From Paraphysomonas bandaiensis (taxonomy: Eukaryota; Protista; Chrysophyceae): a DNA stretch of 64,000 nt. The stretch spans positions 62,001 to 126,000 of the forward strand of contig CBFFRP010000379.1 in assembly GCA_965644295.1 (NCBI GenBank), written 5' to 3'. The notes beneath the pieces were generated by a model. It did no database searches. It saw nothing but the letters and a program-made list of their open reading frames with translations, and had not been told where the DNA came from. The translations under genes and the position numbers were made by a program. Below, in pieces: positions 23,054 through 36,959 of the stretch (the first letter of the stretch is position 1; each line of letters begins with the position of its first letter).

Positions 23054-23467
23054 GACCCCATTGTCTATTAAGTCACTTAGAAATTACTCCCAACGTCATC
23101 ATTAAGATAGAAGATAAAAAGCGAGGAGAGAGCTAACCAGGAATTGGAATTTAATGTCTATATTTCCCGGCCCAATTCTGGTAAAAAAAGAATTTTTGAG
23201 ACAAAATGGGGATACTTACACACACGCAACGACACGAAATAATTTTACTGCCAATATTATGTTTCTTATTTACTGTTGTATGTTACATGCTATCCACATC
23301 ACATTACTTGCGGCGCCATGTGAGTATACAGAACGCATTCTTATCAAAATATGCGAATAACAACTAACGTGAGGGTGTAGACAATTCTTATCCAAGCTTC
23401 GTGTTTGTCCCAGTTACAAATTGGCAATACCACTGACGTGTGACATAAAACTGACAATGGACAAAGC

Positions 23468-25070
23468 TCAGTAAAACCTATTGTCAGTAGTTCTACCATT
23501 ACTAAAGGAGGAGTTGGGTGGAGGATAGGTGTTGTTACTTTCGCTCATTCTAGAAAACCGGGCCAATTCCGTTTCTCTGTCGGGAGGTGCATAAGAAGCC
23601 ATATATCTATTTGCATCAAATTCACCGTCCCCTGATGTGCTGACAGCTGAATACCTAGGGCCTGAAAACGTGGAGGCGAGTGCGTTCTTGAAGTTCCTTT
23701 TCGAAGTTAAAATTAGTTCATATAAAACAGTAACACATAGATATATACGTATATACGCATACACCCAAAACAGCTGACATATACAACATTTAAATAGACA
23801 TACATACAATAACAAGGCAAACATACTTGTAAAAGTAGGCACAGGTACCGCCAACTACCATTACGAGAACAAAAGAGTAGAACATGTACGTGCTGCTCTC
23901 TATGGTCCCACTTCCTCTGTTACTGGAATTCAACAGGACTGTCGTGGGTGAAGAGGAAGGTCTTGATGTTTCAAAGGGAATAGGGTCAGCAAGGGTGGGA
24001 ATCGGTGTAGGAAAGCAAGTAGGCGATGGCGTTGGGGCAGCAGTATCCACAAAAACAGGAACAGGAGTCGGAATTTTCGTCGGAGAGTAGGTGGCGTACT
24101 CCACAGACGGATGCGGGGTGGGGATGCGTTTGGGAGCGGGCGTTGTTGGTGCAACAAAATCGGTTGTTGGAACGGGTGTAGGATAAGCGGTTCTTTTCTT
24201 AGTGGGTGTGGGAGTGGGGGGGTAATCTGTAGGTATTTCTATAAAAAAATCAGTGGTAGGAACTGCAGTAGGTGGGTCTGTGGACTTCTTTGGAACTGGT
24301 GTGGTTGGAGCAACGAAATCAGTGGTAGGAACTGCAGTAGGTGGGTCTGTGGACTTCTTTGGAACCGGGGTAGTTGGAGCAACGAAATCAGTGGTAGGAG
24401 CTGCAGTAGGTGGGTCTGTGGACTTCTTTGGGGCTGGTGTGGTTGGAGCAACGAAATCAGTGGTAGGAACTGCAGTAGGTGGGTCTGTGGACTTCTTTGG
24501 AACTGGTGTGGTTGGAGCAACGAAATCAGTGGTAGGAACTGCAGTAGGTGGGTCTGTGGACTTCTTTGGAACCGGGGTAGTTGGAGCAACGAAATCAGTG
24601 GTAGGAACTGCAGTAGGTGGGTCTGTGGACTTCTTTGGAACCGGGGTAGTTGGAGCAACGAAATCAGTGGTAGGAACTGCAGTAGGTGGGTCTGTGGACT
24701 TCTTTGGAACCGGGGTAGTTGGAGCAACGAAATCAGTGGTAGGAACTGCAGTAGGTGGGTCTGTGGACTTCTTTGGAACCGGGGTAGTTGGAGCAACGAA
24801 ATCAGTGGTAGGAACTGCAGTAGGTGGGTCTGTGGACTTCTTTGGAACTGGTGTGGTTGGAGCAACGAAATCAGTGGTAGGTAGAGGGGTAGGTGGATGA
24901 TTAGCGGGTATATTAATGAAAAATCCTGTTGTCGGTGCAGCAGTTTGATCCTCTTGAGATACTAATCGTTGTGTTTGAGGATATGGTGTAGATGGCATCT
25001 GCTCTATAGATGAAGATGAGGAGAAGTCGAACCATATACATGTATATATAAATATTAACACTGATTTCAT
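23468..25070 (-). CDS. Mucin-like Pro/Thr-rich type I membrane protein, 2 exons
   Basis: Signal peptide MKSVLIFIYTCIWF; nine 23-aa PTTDFVAPTTPVPKKSTDPPTAV repeats; TM YMFYSFVLVMVVGGTCAYFY; intron 23826-23697 joins a cytoplasmic tail ending at 23468. Confidence 0.85.
24248..24881. repeat. 69-bp coding minisatellite, ~9 copies
   Basis: Unit aatcagtggtaggaactgcagtaggtgggtctgtggacttctttggaaccggggtagttggagcaacga. Confidence 0.97.
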
Positions 25071-25789
25071 AATTAATTTCTATGAGAAGTAAAACACTTC
25101 AATAGATATGCTTCCTGTTAATGAAACCTCTATCAGATAGAGGTATATGAGGACTGTAGATGGATTGTTTAATACACTATGACGACAATGAGAATGATGG
25201 AGTTGGATTGGAGATACATGCATATGGAACTGAAGGAGTTTTGAGGTGAGTTGGGAGAGAATCATCCATTCTAGGAATATAAATCTTGAAAACTGGTGTT
25301 TTGTTACTCAAAAGTGGTATATTTCTCTTCTATATCTGTGGTTTTATATATACAGGTGTTGCAAATGCCGTGGTTTTTATATGTACTGTCGATCATTTTC
25401 ACAGCACTCTTGTATTTATATGCAGTGTAGGACCTAATTTTTTTAGAGAGAATCCAGAAAATGCGGCTGAAAATCTAGAAGTTTGAGTACTGCACAATAT
25501 GTACACTTCTACAGCAGTACTATACGATAGCTGTGTGCAAGTACGCTAGGTGTACTTTACAATAGTACAAGTTGATGGGTATGATGTACTGCTGTATGAT
25601 ACGCAGATTGCCCTATTAAAGATCTCACAGTCACACAGTCGTAGATAGTCTATAGTCTATTAGCCAGTAACTATCAATCCTCTTCTTATCATCGAATAGT
25701 TCATAGTTCATCTTGATGACATACACATCCCTATCACTACAGTGCAGAGGATTCATATCTCACTGTCATCGTCCAATACCGTCTGCTTA

Positions 25790-25935
25790 TATAGCAATAG
25801 GCATGGAAGTATTAAACTAATAGAAATTCAAACGAAACAGAGATCTGACTAGCACTTTATACTGATATCCTACAAATTTATCGCTACGGAGGCTGCTTGT
25901 ATGTCGCCGCAAGCATCAAAGTGCGACCACCTCCG
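25790..25935 (-). mobile_element. Retroposon 3' tail copy A5 (core 25887-25935)
   Basis: Reverse complement cggaggtggtcgcactttgatgcttgcggcgacatacaagcagcctccgtagcgataaat..gcctattgcta. Confidence 0.8.
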
Positions 25936-26208
25936 CTTGATTTCATCATATAGATATAATTAACATAACAAACCAATCCTCATATAAGAGGAGCTTGAAT
26001 TCATTTTCTTATTCACACAACCCGTCAATGGAATACTTCCAAACATTGCGGAACTCTAAACTGGAATGAATAATATAATTTGAAAGATCAACGCACGGTT
26101 CAAGGCACATTGGGCTTCATTTCAGTCGTCCGTCTTCTCGAATATGTCTCTCCTGGCATCTGTTTGTTTTATGAAAAACTTATTAAGTACACTGATATAT
26201 ATATTGAG

Positions 26209-26380
26209 CACGGCTGCGTATCAATTACATATAATTGGATATTTTTTATATAATCTTTAAGATGTGTCTAATATATTCGTGAGTGCGTAGTATCCATTAA
26301 TTGATCAGCAATTGATTCGTCACCTAATAATAATTGCACTGGTTATTGATTGCAACCTGGTTAATTGTTACGCAGCCCTG
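26209..26380. mobile_element. hAT-family MITE (~172 bp)
   Basis: TIRs cacggctgcgtatcaatta / taattgttacgcagccctg; flanks atattgag and ccattggg may be a decayed 8-bp TSD (5/8 match). Confidence 0.7.
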
Positions 26381-26914
26381 CCATTGGGGTTCATTTGGCA
26401 GTTGAGAATTGAGAAGCAATATAGTAGATTTGATCCCATATATAATTAGTAGATGCAATGATCCCCGAAGAGTAGTAATATGTTGTAGAAATTATCGAAC
26501 AATCTGAAAATATAGAAAGCATAATACTTTTCCCCCATAATGCCCATGATTCATCTCATATATGATTTTTGTAATTATCAGCGCATATATTAGAAAAGAT
26601 GAATTTTATTACACACGAGGCACATGTGCCCGATGACATGTCGTGCAACAAATCTTATCCACAACGTTACTTAAATTCTAATGTCCCTGTATATGGTCTA
26701 CATATTTACGTCACTAAGTCGATAAAAAAGTACGGATGAGAAATGAGAGTGAGAGAAACTATGTCTTCCTATTTTTCCATTCAATGACTACAATATAGAA
26801 CTATCTTAGGTGTACCTATATCTTCAGCTCTTCTTCCAACGGAACCATTCCCGCCCAGCGCGCTGACCCGTGCCTGTACAAGTATCAGCATTCGTCTCAT
26901 GAAACAAAGGCATA

Positions 26915-29900
26915 TCACCTTCTCTTATAAAATAGCACATAGGCTTTTGGCGATACTGCATCCTCTGCACAAATCTCTTCGACACTACTGTCATTGAATC
27001 TATACCTGCAGTCGGCATTAGACGAAAGAATCAGGCATGTATATACGAGCTCTGTCACATACCACTTCTGATTAATAGGATTCTGTGCGACAGCAGTGTA
27101 ATGACCACCGCCCATACCTCCAATATGTTCGGACACCCCGTACAGGTCATACACGGGTGGTGCATCGTCGTTACATCTCGTTGAACTTTTGACATAGTCT
27201 CGCAGGTCGAGCCCTAAATAAAAATGGCCGGTTAGCAACACAAACGCAGCTACTTTAGAACTTCACTTCAATTGGTTCATATCTGATAACAAAAAGTGTG
27301 TACCTGTAATGGGAAAGTCTACCAATTGTCCAAGTTTATCTCTCTGTACAAAATATGTCCCTGATACGTACTGGAACCTCTTAAGATGAATGATGAGAAT
27401 GTCCGGGGTAGTCCAAAGATCAAACTTTTTAACCGGGGCAAGATGTTGCTTGCACTTCGGGCAGTACCAGGTTTCTTCAGCAGGCATTTGTTCTCTCTCC
27501 ACAAACTTGTTGAGACAGTCTGTGATGTTAATGGTGGACTTCTTACGGGCCATGGGCCGAGTTTCCTCGCCTCCTTCCCGAACTATATTCGAAGACTGAG
27601 AGTGAGACTCTAATTCTCCATCACCCAAATGGAGCCTCGACACCGCATTCTCATCAAAATGGTCCGGCTCACGGGCATCTTCTTTCCACACACACATCAG
27701 CGCCTCGTACTGACTGAAAACGAAATTTTTTTCCATTTCCCCAGTGAACTTCCCTTTGGATGTATATCCATAAGAGTTAGTGATGTGGACTTCATATGGT
27801 GCTCCAGATTGGCCTCGCTCAGGATTGTAGTCATAATACGTTGAGTCCTCATGCACGTACTCTTTCATGACATCCCACAAGATCTTGTAGATATCACGGA
27901 CAGTCGTATGGCCTTTGTGATATGAAATTCTATGAGAGGGACCTATCAAATCGAACGACAAGTAACTGGAAGTACTCCTATTCTTCTGAATAGCGCCCAT
28001 CATTACATCACAGTAGCCATACTGGACATCTGGTGCAAGCCGGGAGCTACCATAATACGAAGTCGTAGTAGGCGCACTGCAAGGTGCGGGGTGCTCTAGC
28101 TCATAGGCTACCAACATGTCATACGTAGTCTTGGCCAGTTCTTTGGCAGAGGTGCGATCGTCAAAAGTTTTGTTGATTTTTGACCCGCTCTTTCCGGCAG
28201 TGCATATGTGCAAGAAACCGCCAGCCGTCTGCGAATCTGCTGGAGGAGACTTGCGTGTCTGCTTTGGAGTTGAAACCATAACAGCATCTCCGGACCCTTC
28301 TTCAGCCACCTCTATCTCATCGTCAGTGGAATCAGCCGTGTCCACATGTACACCGCTGCTACTACAGCTACCTGTTCCTTCGTCTTCGGTGCTACCCCCA
28401 CACCCCATGCTCCTGTTGTGATCCACCATCACAAACTCACCGCTCTCTGTAGACAGAGAGTTGCTATGCTGTCGACGGCGCTTCACGTCGGGAGTGACAG
28501 AGAGCTTAGTAGCAATTATCTTCTTGGCATCTGCTACAGTGTGGGTAACATCCATTTCAAAAACAAGCCTAATGGGCGTAGATCCATATGGGAGAGGGTA
28601 AACCACGACTACAACTTCAACAGTGTTCTTTATAGGAAGTGGTAGACTTAATGAACTATATTCGTCAAAAGTTACGCTCTGATATCCACAGCTCGCACAG
28701 GTGACGTGAGACCTCAGCTGACCAAAACAGCAATCCACAAGCTCACTATCATTCCTGAGGAGGAACCGTCGCCATGATTCTCTCGCAATAAGCTCATCAT
28801 CTCTTCCACCACTGTCAATTTTTTCCACGTAGGGTTTCTTAATAATTCGATTCATGTCTTCGTGCAGCCCGTCCAGCAAAAAAAGCATGAATTCCTGCGA
28901 GTCCTGTTGCTGATAGCCCGAGAATTGAGGCTGAAACTCTCCAATGGTTCGCTTAAAATCTTCCGGCGCAACCACGGTATACTGCCCACACCACATATCT
29001 TTGACTAACTTAGCATATGATGAGGCTACTTTGCCCCCATGCCCCAGGGCGTTCGTTTTGTTCAACTGAGAAGCGTAACGATCAGAAGTAAACACATCCG
29101 TCAATCTTTTCGTATTACTGAGGCACTGAAGCATGCTGTTCATAAAGCACGTGTTACCCAAGTTCATGAGCCCTACCACACCTTTCTCCACAGGAGTGCC
29201 TATGTGGTTAGACGACCGAGTGCCCCAAGAGTTGTACTTACTAGTTCCGTATGTACTGGTAGCATTGTAGTTGTTGTAACTCGAGTAAGCAGAGTTGTTG
29301 TTTGACCCCACTTGATAAGAAAGTGGAGTGTCAGAAAAATCTGCGCAACTATTCTTGACATGGGTGCCGGCCCTGGTGATACTCTCTCCATAGAGATTCA
29401 GCCAATCGCCAGAAGAACGTACTACATTGCAATCATCTCTATATTTTAGCTTAAGCTGTCCAGTCGTTCGGTTCAATGCTACCACATGTGCCGGTTGCCA
29501 CTTACTTCCAGCGTTGAGGTCTACGTACGGAGCGAAGTCAACCCGGTCCTTCTCTTCTAAGGCATCACGCCAATTCTCGGTCATTGTGTAAAGTGGGGCT
29601 ATAAAGCTGCCGAATTCGGACCTTGGAATATCCCTGTCGAATTTCCGGTTCCATCCCTTAAAGTGAACATTGATACCATCATCCCCCACGCGCTGTACAA
29701 CTGCCTCGTACCAGACGTCCACCTCATCTTTAGCATCTACATAGGAGTCACAACATACCGGTGGCATATACGGGAGATGTACCTATCAGATCGCCCCTCC
29801 TCAAGTGATACTTCCATTTGTTCAATGCCTCGTCTACGCAAAAACAGTTATATACTCGCACTAGCCGAGAGTTTAACCCACCTTTCGGCCAGTACCATTC

Positions 29901-30889
29901 CCCAGAATCATTCTTAGCTTTCAGCTCTACCATAATGTCGATAGTCGTGAAATTTATCTCCGACAGTTGTATACCTGACACACTCCTCAGGAATCTCCAT
30001 CCATCTACAGTATCCGTCAGATCAGCGGTCATCTTTCTCCCGTTGGTTCCACTGTCGGGCATCCCATCGTTGCCAACCCGAGCCCAATACCTACATGCAG
30101 TGCCATCCAACTTGAGGCTTTTACGTATGTCGCTAAGTGCGTCCTTGATATCCATGCGCCGCGAGAGCATAAGAGTTTTACTTGGAGACAAGGTGCTTAG
30201 ATCAGACACACCGCTTATTTCACTATCCAGGAATACCCGTACGCGAATGGGATAGAGTTCAACCTGGAGCTGACGAGAGTGCGCGGATTCTATGGACACG
30301 ACCTGAACATACTGTCAGGCCTACACATGACTATGACAAAACCAGCACACCTTCCTCACAATGCTTGGTCCGCCACCGTATATTCCCTCAAGTTCTTGAT
30401 AGGCTTCACTCGGAAGCAATACGTAATCGACGCCTTCGAATAAATTGCGCTTTAGCTCCCCTTCATTGTCACCCACTATATCAGTGTTGTCAATTGGACC
30501 TGGGTGATATGATTCGATCTCCTGATACACAAAATACATAAGTACATACAACACAACAGCAACTGTAGTACTTCAACAATACATATAATCACAGTATATA
30601 TAAACGATTAGATCTATACATATACATATCTACGCATACACACATACATATATATGTAATACAACACTCACCTCACTGCTCCTCGTATCATACAAAGGGT
30701 CATTCAATCCAACGTATTTCTTCAATCGATTAAACCATTCAACAGACACAACATTCCTTATATATTCTAGTTATCATCTTGATAATACTGTCATAGAAAC
30801 ACATACCACTTTGAGTGATCCTGAAGGCTACTGCGAACCTGAGATTGAATCAGGTGCTTCTGCTCGGATCTATCAAGCTGATGTGCCAT
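26915..30889 (-). CDS. Ubiquitin-specific protease, USP4/11/15-like (DUSP, UBL, Tudor/Agenet-like repeats, split USP domain), multi-exon
   Basis: DUSP PGPIDNTDI..GVDYVLLP..YGGGP; Cys box GLMNLGNTCFMNSMLQCL; QQQDSQEF; WYCPKCK; IIHLKRF; His box EHIGGMGGGHYTA; FNDSSV..AYVLFY. Start inferred at 30889. Confidence 0.92.
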
Positions 30890-31020
30890 TATTCTTACTC
30901 AAGTTCACTGTGTGTTATGTCAGGCTAATCAATGGCATTATTGTGATACTTTAAACATACAGTTCCATACACACCAGAATAATACACACACCCATCCAGA
31001 ACAATACCACGAAAATACCT

Positions 31021-31795
31021 ACACACATACATACATACATACATACATACATACATACATACATACATACATACATACATACATACATACATACATACAT
31101 ACATACATACATACATACATACATACATACATACATACATACATACATACATACATACATACATACATACATACATACATACATACATACATACATACAT
31201 ACATACATACATACATACATACATACATACATACATACATACATACATACATACATACATACATACATACATACATACATACATACATACATACATACAT
31301 ACATACATACATACATACATACATACATACATACATACATACATACATACATACATACATACATACATACATACATACATACATACATACATACATACAT
31401 ACATACATACATACATACATACATACATACATACATACATACATACATACATACATACATACATACATACATACATACATACATACATACATACATACAT
31501 ACATACATACATACATACATACATACATACATACATACATACATGATACATACATACATACATACATACATACATACATACATACATACATACATACATA
31601 CATACATACATACATACATACATACATACATACATACATACATACATACATACATACATACATACATACATACATACATACATACATACATACATACATA
31701 CATACATACATACATACATACATACATACATACATACATACATACATACATACATACATACATACATACATACATACATACATACATACATACAT
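31021..31795. repeat. (ATAC)n microsatellite, ~775 bp
   Basis: Nearly perfect array with one interruption near 31545. Confidence 0.99.
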
Positions 31796-31937
31796 GTGCA
31801 TCATGTTCATAGATTGCGTCATCCGCACAAGTGTTTATATACACATCTATCTCCAGTCCTTCTCTCTGCTATTTCCTGCTATCTCAGATGTCACAACACT
31901 TGTCTACATATAAACCATCTCTCACATCTGCTCAGTA

Positions 31938-34900
31938 ATGCCTTCACGAGCTGCTGTATGGTTCCTGTATCTACATCTCTATCTCTTACCACTCTACAGA
32001 TGTATACCCTCTCAACAATACACAGCCCTTCATGCTCTATACATCTCTACTTCAGGTGATGAATGGGATGAATATTGTAATATAAATTGGAATTTTACGG
32101 ATGGAAGTGATCCGTGTATTGATCAGTGGGGTGGAGTGGACTGTGGATATGATGCAGTGACTTGTCAATCGATTAATTGCACTGTGACATCATTAAGATT
32201 ATCGAATTGTAATCTTACTGGTTATCTGCCTGATGATATCGGCGATATTGATACACTTTCTGGGTTGTATATTGATAGCAATGAAATCACAGGCACCATT
32301 CCATCTTCACTTACTAAACTGACGCAGTTATATATTTTGGACTTCTCATCTACATTGTTATCTGGTTATATTCCACCACTGCCATCATCATTATTTTCTG
32401 TTAACCTTCAAAAGAATTACCTCAGTGGTCCTATACCGTCATACCTTTTAGATATTAGTTTTCTTGTTACACTAGATTTACGGTACAACATGTTAACTGG
32501 AACTATTCCCTCCAGCTTTTCCTTTCTGCCCAACATCGTCAGTCTAACACTAAATTCCAACTGTCTTACTGGTCCTGTTCTATCTCCTCTACCTCAGCAA
32601 TTGCAGGTTATCGATGTATCAGATAATATGCTCAGCGGACTTTTGCCAACCCATTGGTGCAGCGGTGAATGTCAGGTTTACAGTATTGGGGTGGGAGGTA
32701 ACTATATTCATGGTGATATCCCCTCATCTCTTGGTGATTTATCAAAGCTAAGCACATTGAATATATCTCGGAATAGTCTCTCAAGTAGTATACCTTCCAC
32801 AATTAGTGCCTACACCAGGCTACGTGATGTGGATTTTAGTAGTAACTATTTGACAGGAGTTCTGGATACCATTGTTGGAATGTCATCACTGAGCCAGCTG
32901 AGTCTCTCAAATAATTTGCTATCTGGGCCAGTTAGATATTTATGTATCAGTTCAACGCTGGCCCACCTGACATTGAATGATAACTATTTGACTGGGTCTC
33001 TGTCATTTAATTGCTCTCCTCCTGCCAAACGACTCTTCGTTCTTGATGTTTCGAATAACTTGCTATCTGGATCTCTGCCAACAGTTTATTCTGGTACTCC
33101 GAATATAATGCAACTTCATCTGAAAAGTAACTTCTTTACGTCCACTATACCTCCGGGGTTATGCAATCTACCGTACTTGCTACTTCTCGATCTTGGTACC
33201 AACGAAATCACTGGGTCTCTACCGGCTTCGCTATTTGAGGGCAACATGCAATACCTGTACATTCACGACAACGATATTGTGGGACCAATACCATCTAACA
33301 TAGGAGATGCACAATATCTTCAGCAGCTATCGGCTTTTAACAATGATTTGACTGGACCGCTTCCCCTTTCTCTCCGAAACTGCTCCTATTTGCAGACAAT
33401 ATTAGTGAAGAATAATAGACTAACTGGCCATTTGAACGACGTTTTCACGAGCAGTGGTGATTCCGTATTTACCCTTCTTCAGGCGATAGATATATCTCAG
33501 AATCGATTTTCTGGCGCTTTCCCGGATGCTGTTTTTAGCTTAGTGAATATTCGGTATATCGCTGCTACTGGTGGATGTTTTCATGGTTCTATTCCATCAT
33601 CGGTATGCGAATCCAGTACTTTGGAAACTCTCGTTTTGGAAGGATTACACTCAGGTAGAGAGTGTCGCAGACCTATTTGGAACCCTTTCGCTTTAAAACC
33701 GGCTTACATATCATCCTCCAAGGGTAGTACGATCCCGACGTGTATATGGGAACTTCCTAATTTAAAGACCCTTCACTTAACAGGAAATTTATTAGAAGGT
33801 ACCATACCTGACCCTCCTAACATCTTTTCCTTAAGCGACCTCAGCCTCGCATATAACACTCTGGAAGGTAGTATACCCCTTTCGCTTCGCAAATCCCCTT
33901 TGCGTAAGCTTGACCTAAGCCATAACCGTTTGTCTGGCACGTGCGATGACTTGAATGCTGAGGGCTATATTTCTGCACAGCAATCTCAGCAGTCCGTGAA
34001 ATTGTCCTTAAGTGTAAATCGTCTGTCTGGTCACGTGCCAAAAAATGTGAAGAGGATTTCTCATATCAATCTTCTTGCTGGTAATATGTTTGATTGCCGG
34101 GACACTAACCAACTTCCTAGCAGAGACCCTCAATCGTCGACATACTCATGTGGGTCCGACCGTGTCGACTATTCACTCCTCCTTTTCATAAGTCTATGTG
34201 TTGTTGTATGCACTACTTTTGGAATAATTCTCGCCTTCCGAGGAAATCAAATCTTTCGTGTCATTATCCAGCTCATTTCAGATCTCAGGAAATGGCATAA
34301 TGTTGCTAGCAATGTGAACCCGTCAATTAATCCCGAGCTAAGTAACTTCTTGCGAAGTCTACGTGAAATGCGCGTTCTCGTGATCAATATGTCTGTGATG
34401 ATAGTTATTACTTTTATGATAGTGTATATCATTCTTAAAACTGCTTTAGGTGCGGGTACACACACTTATCAGTATCGATATCTATTCTCAGCAGCTTTTC
34501 TAGTTGGATCCACCAGTGCATATGTATTGCTCTGTCTGGTGGTCTTCTCAATGGTAGTGCTCCTGGGCTTCGTCATGCACTCAGATACAAAATACTGTGA
34601 TTCTAACAAGGAAATATCACAAGGTGAGGAAGATATTGCAACGACTTCAGCATCGAATGGAAAAGCGAGCTCATATCTTCGTTCGTACATATATATAATT
34701 GCGGTAGCTTCCATTAATTGTGTCGTAGTCTTGGGTGTGAAAGGGTCCTATGTGTATATTTTGATATGGGAAGATGTATCGCAAGTGGCTGCGGGGTTCA
34801 TGCAGGTGGCCCTATCTCTATTTGATATCGTTTTCAATTCAATGGTGCTCACAAAGGGAATTAGTCTGTTTCCCCGTTTATTGCGGTCCAAGGTGCGCAT

Positions 34901-36087
34901 TCGACTACACTTGATACTGATGATGTTCAACAGTATCGTGGCTCCTATCTTGGCAAGCGCGATGACAGATCAGAGCTGCTTCGTGGACTTGTTTACTGGC
35001 ACTGCGGATATAAGCACTGGTGGTACTTATGAACTATGCAATACGATTAATAACGACCTAAAGTGTGTCAGTTACTACTCTGTGAGCCTTTCCACCTCAT
35101 TTACACCTCCGTACACATACTCTTACCAGTGCTCATCAGCTGTACTAAGAAATTTTATTCCGGTGTTTATTTTGACATACACCTTGATTGCCTTTCTTCA
35201 GCCTGTGCTAGCTGCGCTGATTATACAATTCACGAATATTCAGAAATGGAACGTGACAATTACACTCATACCAAGTATCTTATGGCCAAATCGCCAGCAC
35301 AAGCACGAATACCGAAAAGTCCTTGGGGCGGGTGTGATAATGTCGAATATTCTCCATCATTGCTCTGTATTAATGACCTACGGTATTGCGAGTCCTTTAT
35401 GTTGTATTGTTATAGCTAATTCTGTATGTGTAACAACCCACATGTGGCATATAATTATCGGCCGGTATTTACACTTGCGTTCTAAGAGAAGTAGGAGCGA
35501 GGCTGCTAAGGACACCGTGTGTATGTTTGATTCTAGTGGAGTCGTGCCCTGTGGGCTTCCCTACACGGGGGCCACAGAATATGGCAAAGTCTTGGAGTCC
35601 GCCTGCCATGGGGTGTGCCGCGGCCCCATGAAAGCAGTGTGGTCTACGGTAAGTCATATAGTTGATGTCTAAAGTATTGAATTGGTTTATTTATATTGGT
35701 TTCAATATTTTATGGTTTGTGTTCTATATTCACTTCGATATATTGCATCATGTGGTGCAGCTGATGGAGTGAGGTATATAGGTGGATCTCATGGCGGCAT
35801 TTTTTGCTCTACTCTTTGCAGACATTGCTGGCGATCAGGTGGGTGGAGCACGCGCTCTGCTTAGAGCTTCATTGCCCATGGTATGTGTTCCACTCCTCTT
35901 GCGCGTCGTATTCCGGAGTACTCGTGGGAAGCTATTTATAATAGAGATATTCCGGAGGTGGGAAAACTCTAAATGGTTGAAATCAGTGGAAGGTAGATTA
36001 GCTTCCAGTGCAGATAGATGGAGTCGACACTGGACAATGAACCCTATTAATACCAATACAGACGGTACTGAAAGTTCCGTTTTATAG
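31938..36087 (+). CDS. Secreted-type LRR ectodomain fused to a multi-pass TM C-terminus, 2 exons
   Basis: Signal peptide; N-cap ALY.ST.G..W..W..DPC..W.GV.C; about 20 LxxLxLxxNxLtGxIP repeats; at least 8 hydrophobic segments; in-frame intron 35649-35781. Confidence 0.9.
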
Positions 36088-36615
36088 AATCGTGTTGCGG
36101 AGAGAAGGTGAAATCGCGATATATTAATTGCATGTACTTCTACACAGCTATATTACTTTTTGTGGATATATTTTAAAGATAGACAAGAATCAATTAAACT
36201 AAAGTAGTACTATTGTTATATGAAACAAAGGAGTGATTCCACTTTCACTACTGATGGATGGTAATATTTCAGCTTGTGATATACAATATACATTATAGTA
36301 CAGCGTATTTTTTTCAATTGTAACGTTAGTAGTTATAGTGCACTATATATATTTACTAAAATATTGAAGCGGTCAGAACCGGAAATACTGTGTTAGTTAT
36401 CCTTTGAAGTAAGATTGAGGACAACACTCAATTAAAAATTGTGATTAGTTTTTATCACCATTCAATGAAAAATACTACATTGCATAGCTTCACTTCAGCC
36501 ATTACTTGTTCCCTCTAAAGCATGCTGAAAACATTATATAAAGTCGAAGCTGTTCGTTCAAGTAAACCTAAGATATTAAATAATATACCTAATCTGCATT
36601 GTTACGGGATGCTAC

Positions 36616-36730
36616 TAGGGCTGCGTATCAATAAATTGTCAATTATTGAAATTGCAAGTATTGAAGTTGGGACATCAAATCATAATATCAATATAATTGA
36701 CTCCAGCTAGCTTCAATTAATTGATCATAA
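36616..36730 (+). mobile_element. hAT-family left-end fragment
   Basis: tagggctgcgtatcaataaattgtcaattattgaaattgcaa matches the terminus at 55657. Confidence 0.7.
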
Positions 36731-36858
36731 AAATACAACATTTTTAGAATGGCAAGTTGATAGTAAACGGCATTTTTTATTTCGAAAATCCAATTTTTAT
36801 AATAAAAATCGAAGCTTGATAAAAGACTATAATACCCATAGGGGATAATCTCACATAA

Positions 36859-36886
36859 TTAGGGTTAGGGTTAGGGTTAGCCCTAA
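36859..36886. repeat. Interstitial telomere-like repeat (TTAGGG)3 TTAG followed by CCCTAA
   Basis: ttagggttagggttagggttagccctaa read directly. Confidence 0.85.
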
Positions 36887-36959
36887 GCCATTTACATAAT
36901 TGACGATAAGAATAATAAACTGATACCAGAAGTCAATGCACGAGTGTTCTTTGCGAGAG

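Noticed and set aside
24111-24900. Antisense and alternate-frame repeat ORFs
   Set aside because: Shadows of the 69-bp coding repeat; only the Pro/Thr frame has a signal peptide and TM.
30912-31913. Long YIHT/MYVC ORFs (also 62011-62584)
   Set aside because: Translations of the stop-free (ATAC)n microsatellite.
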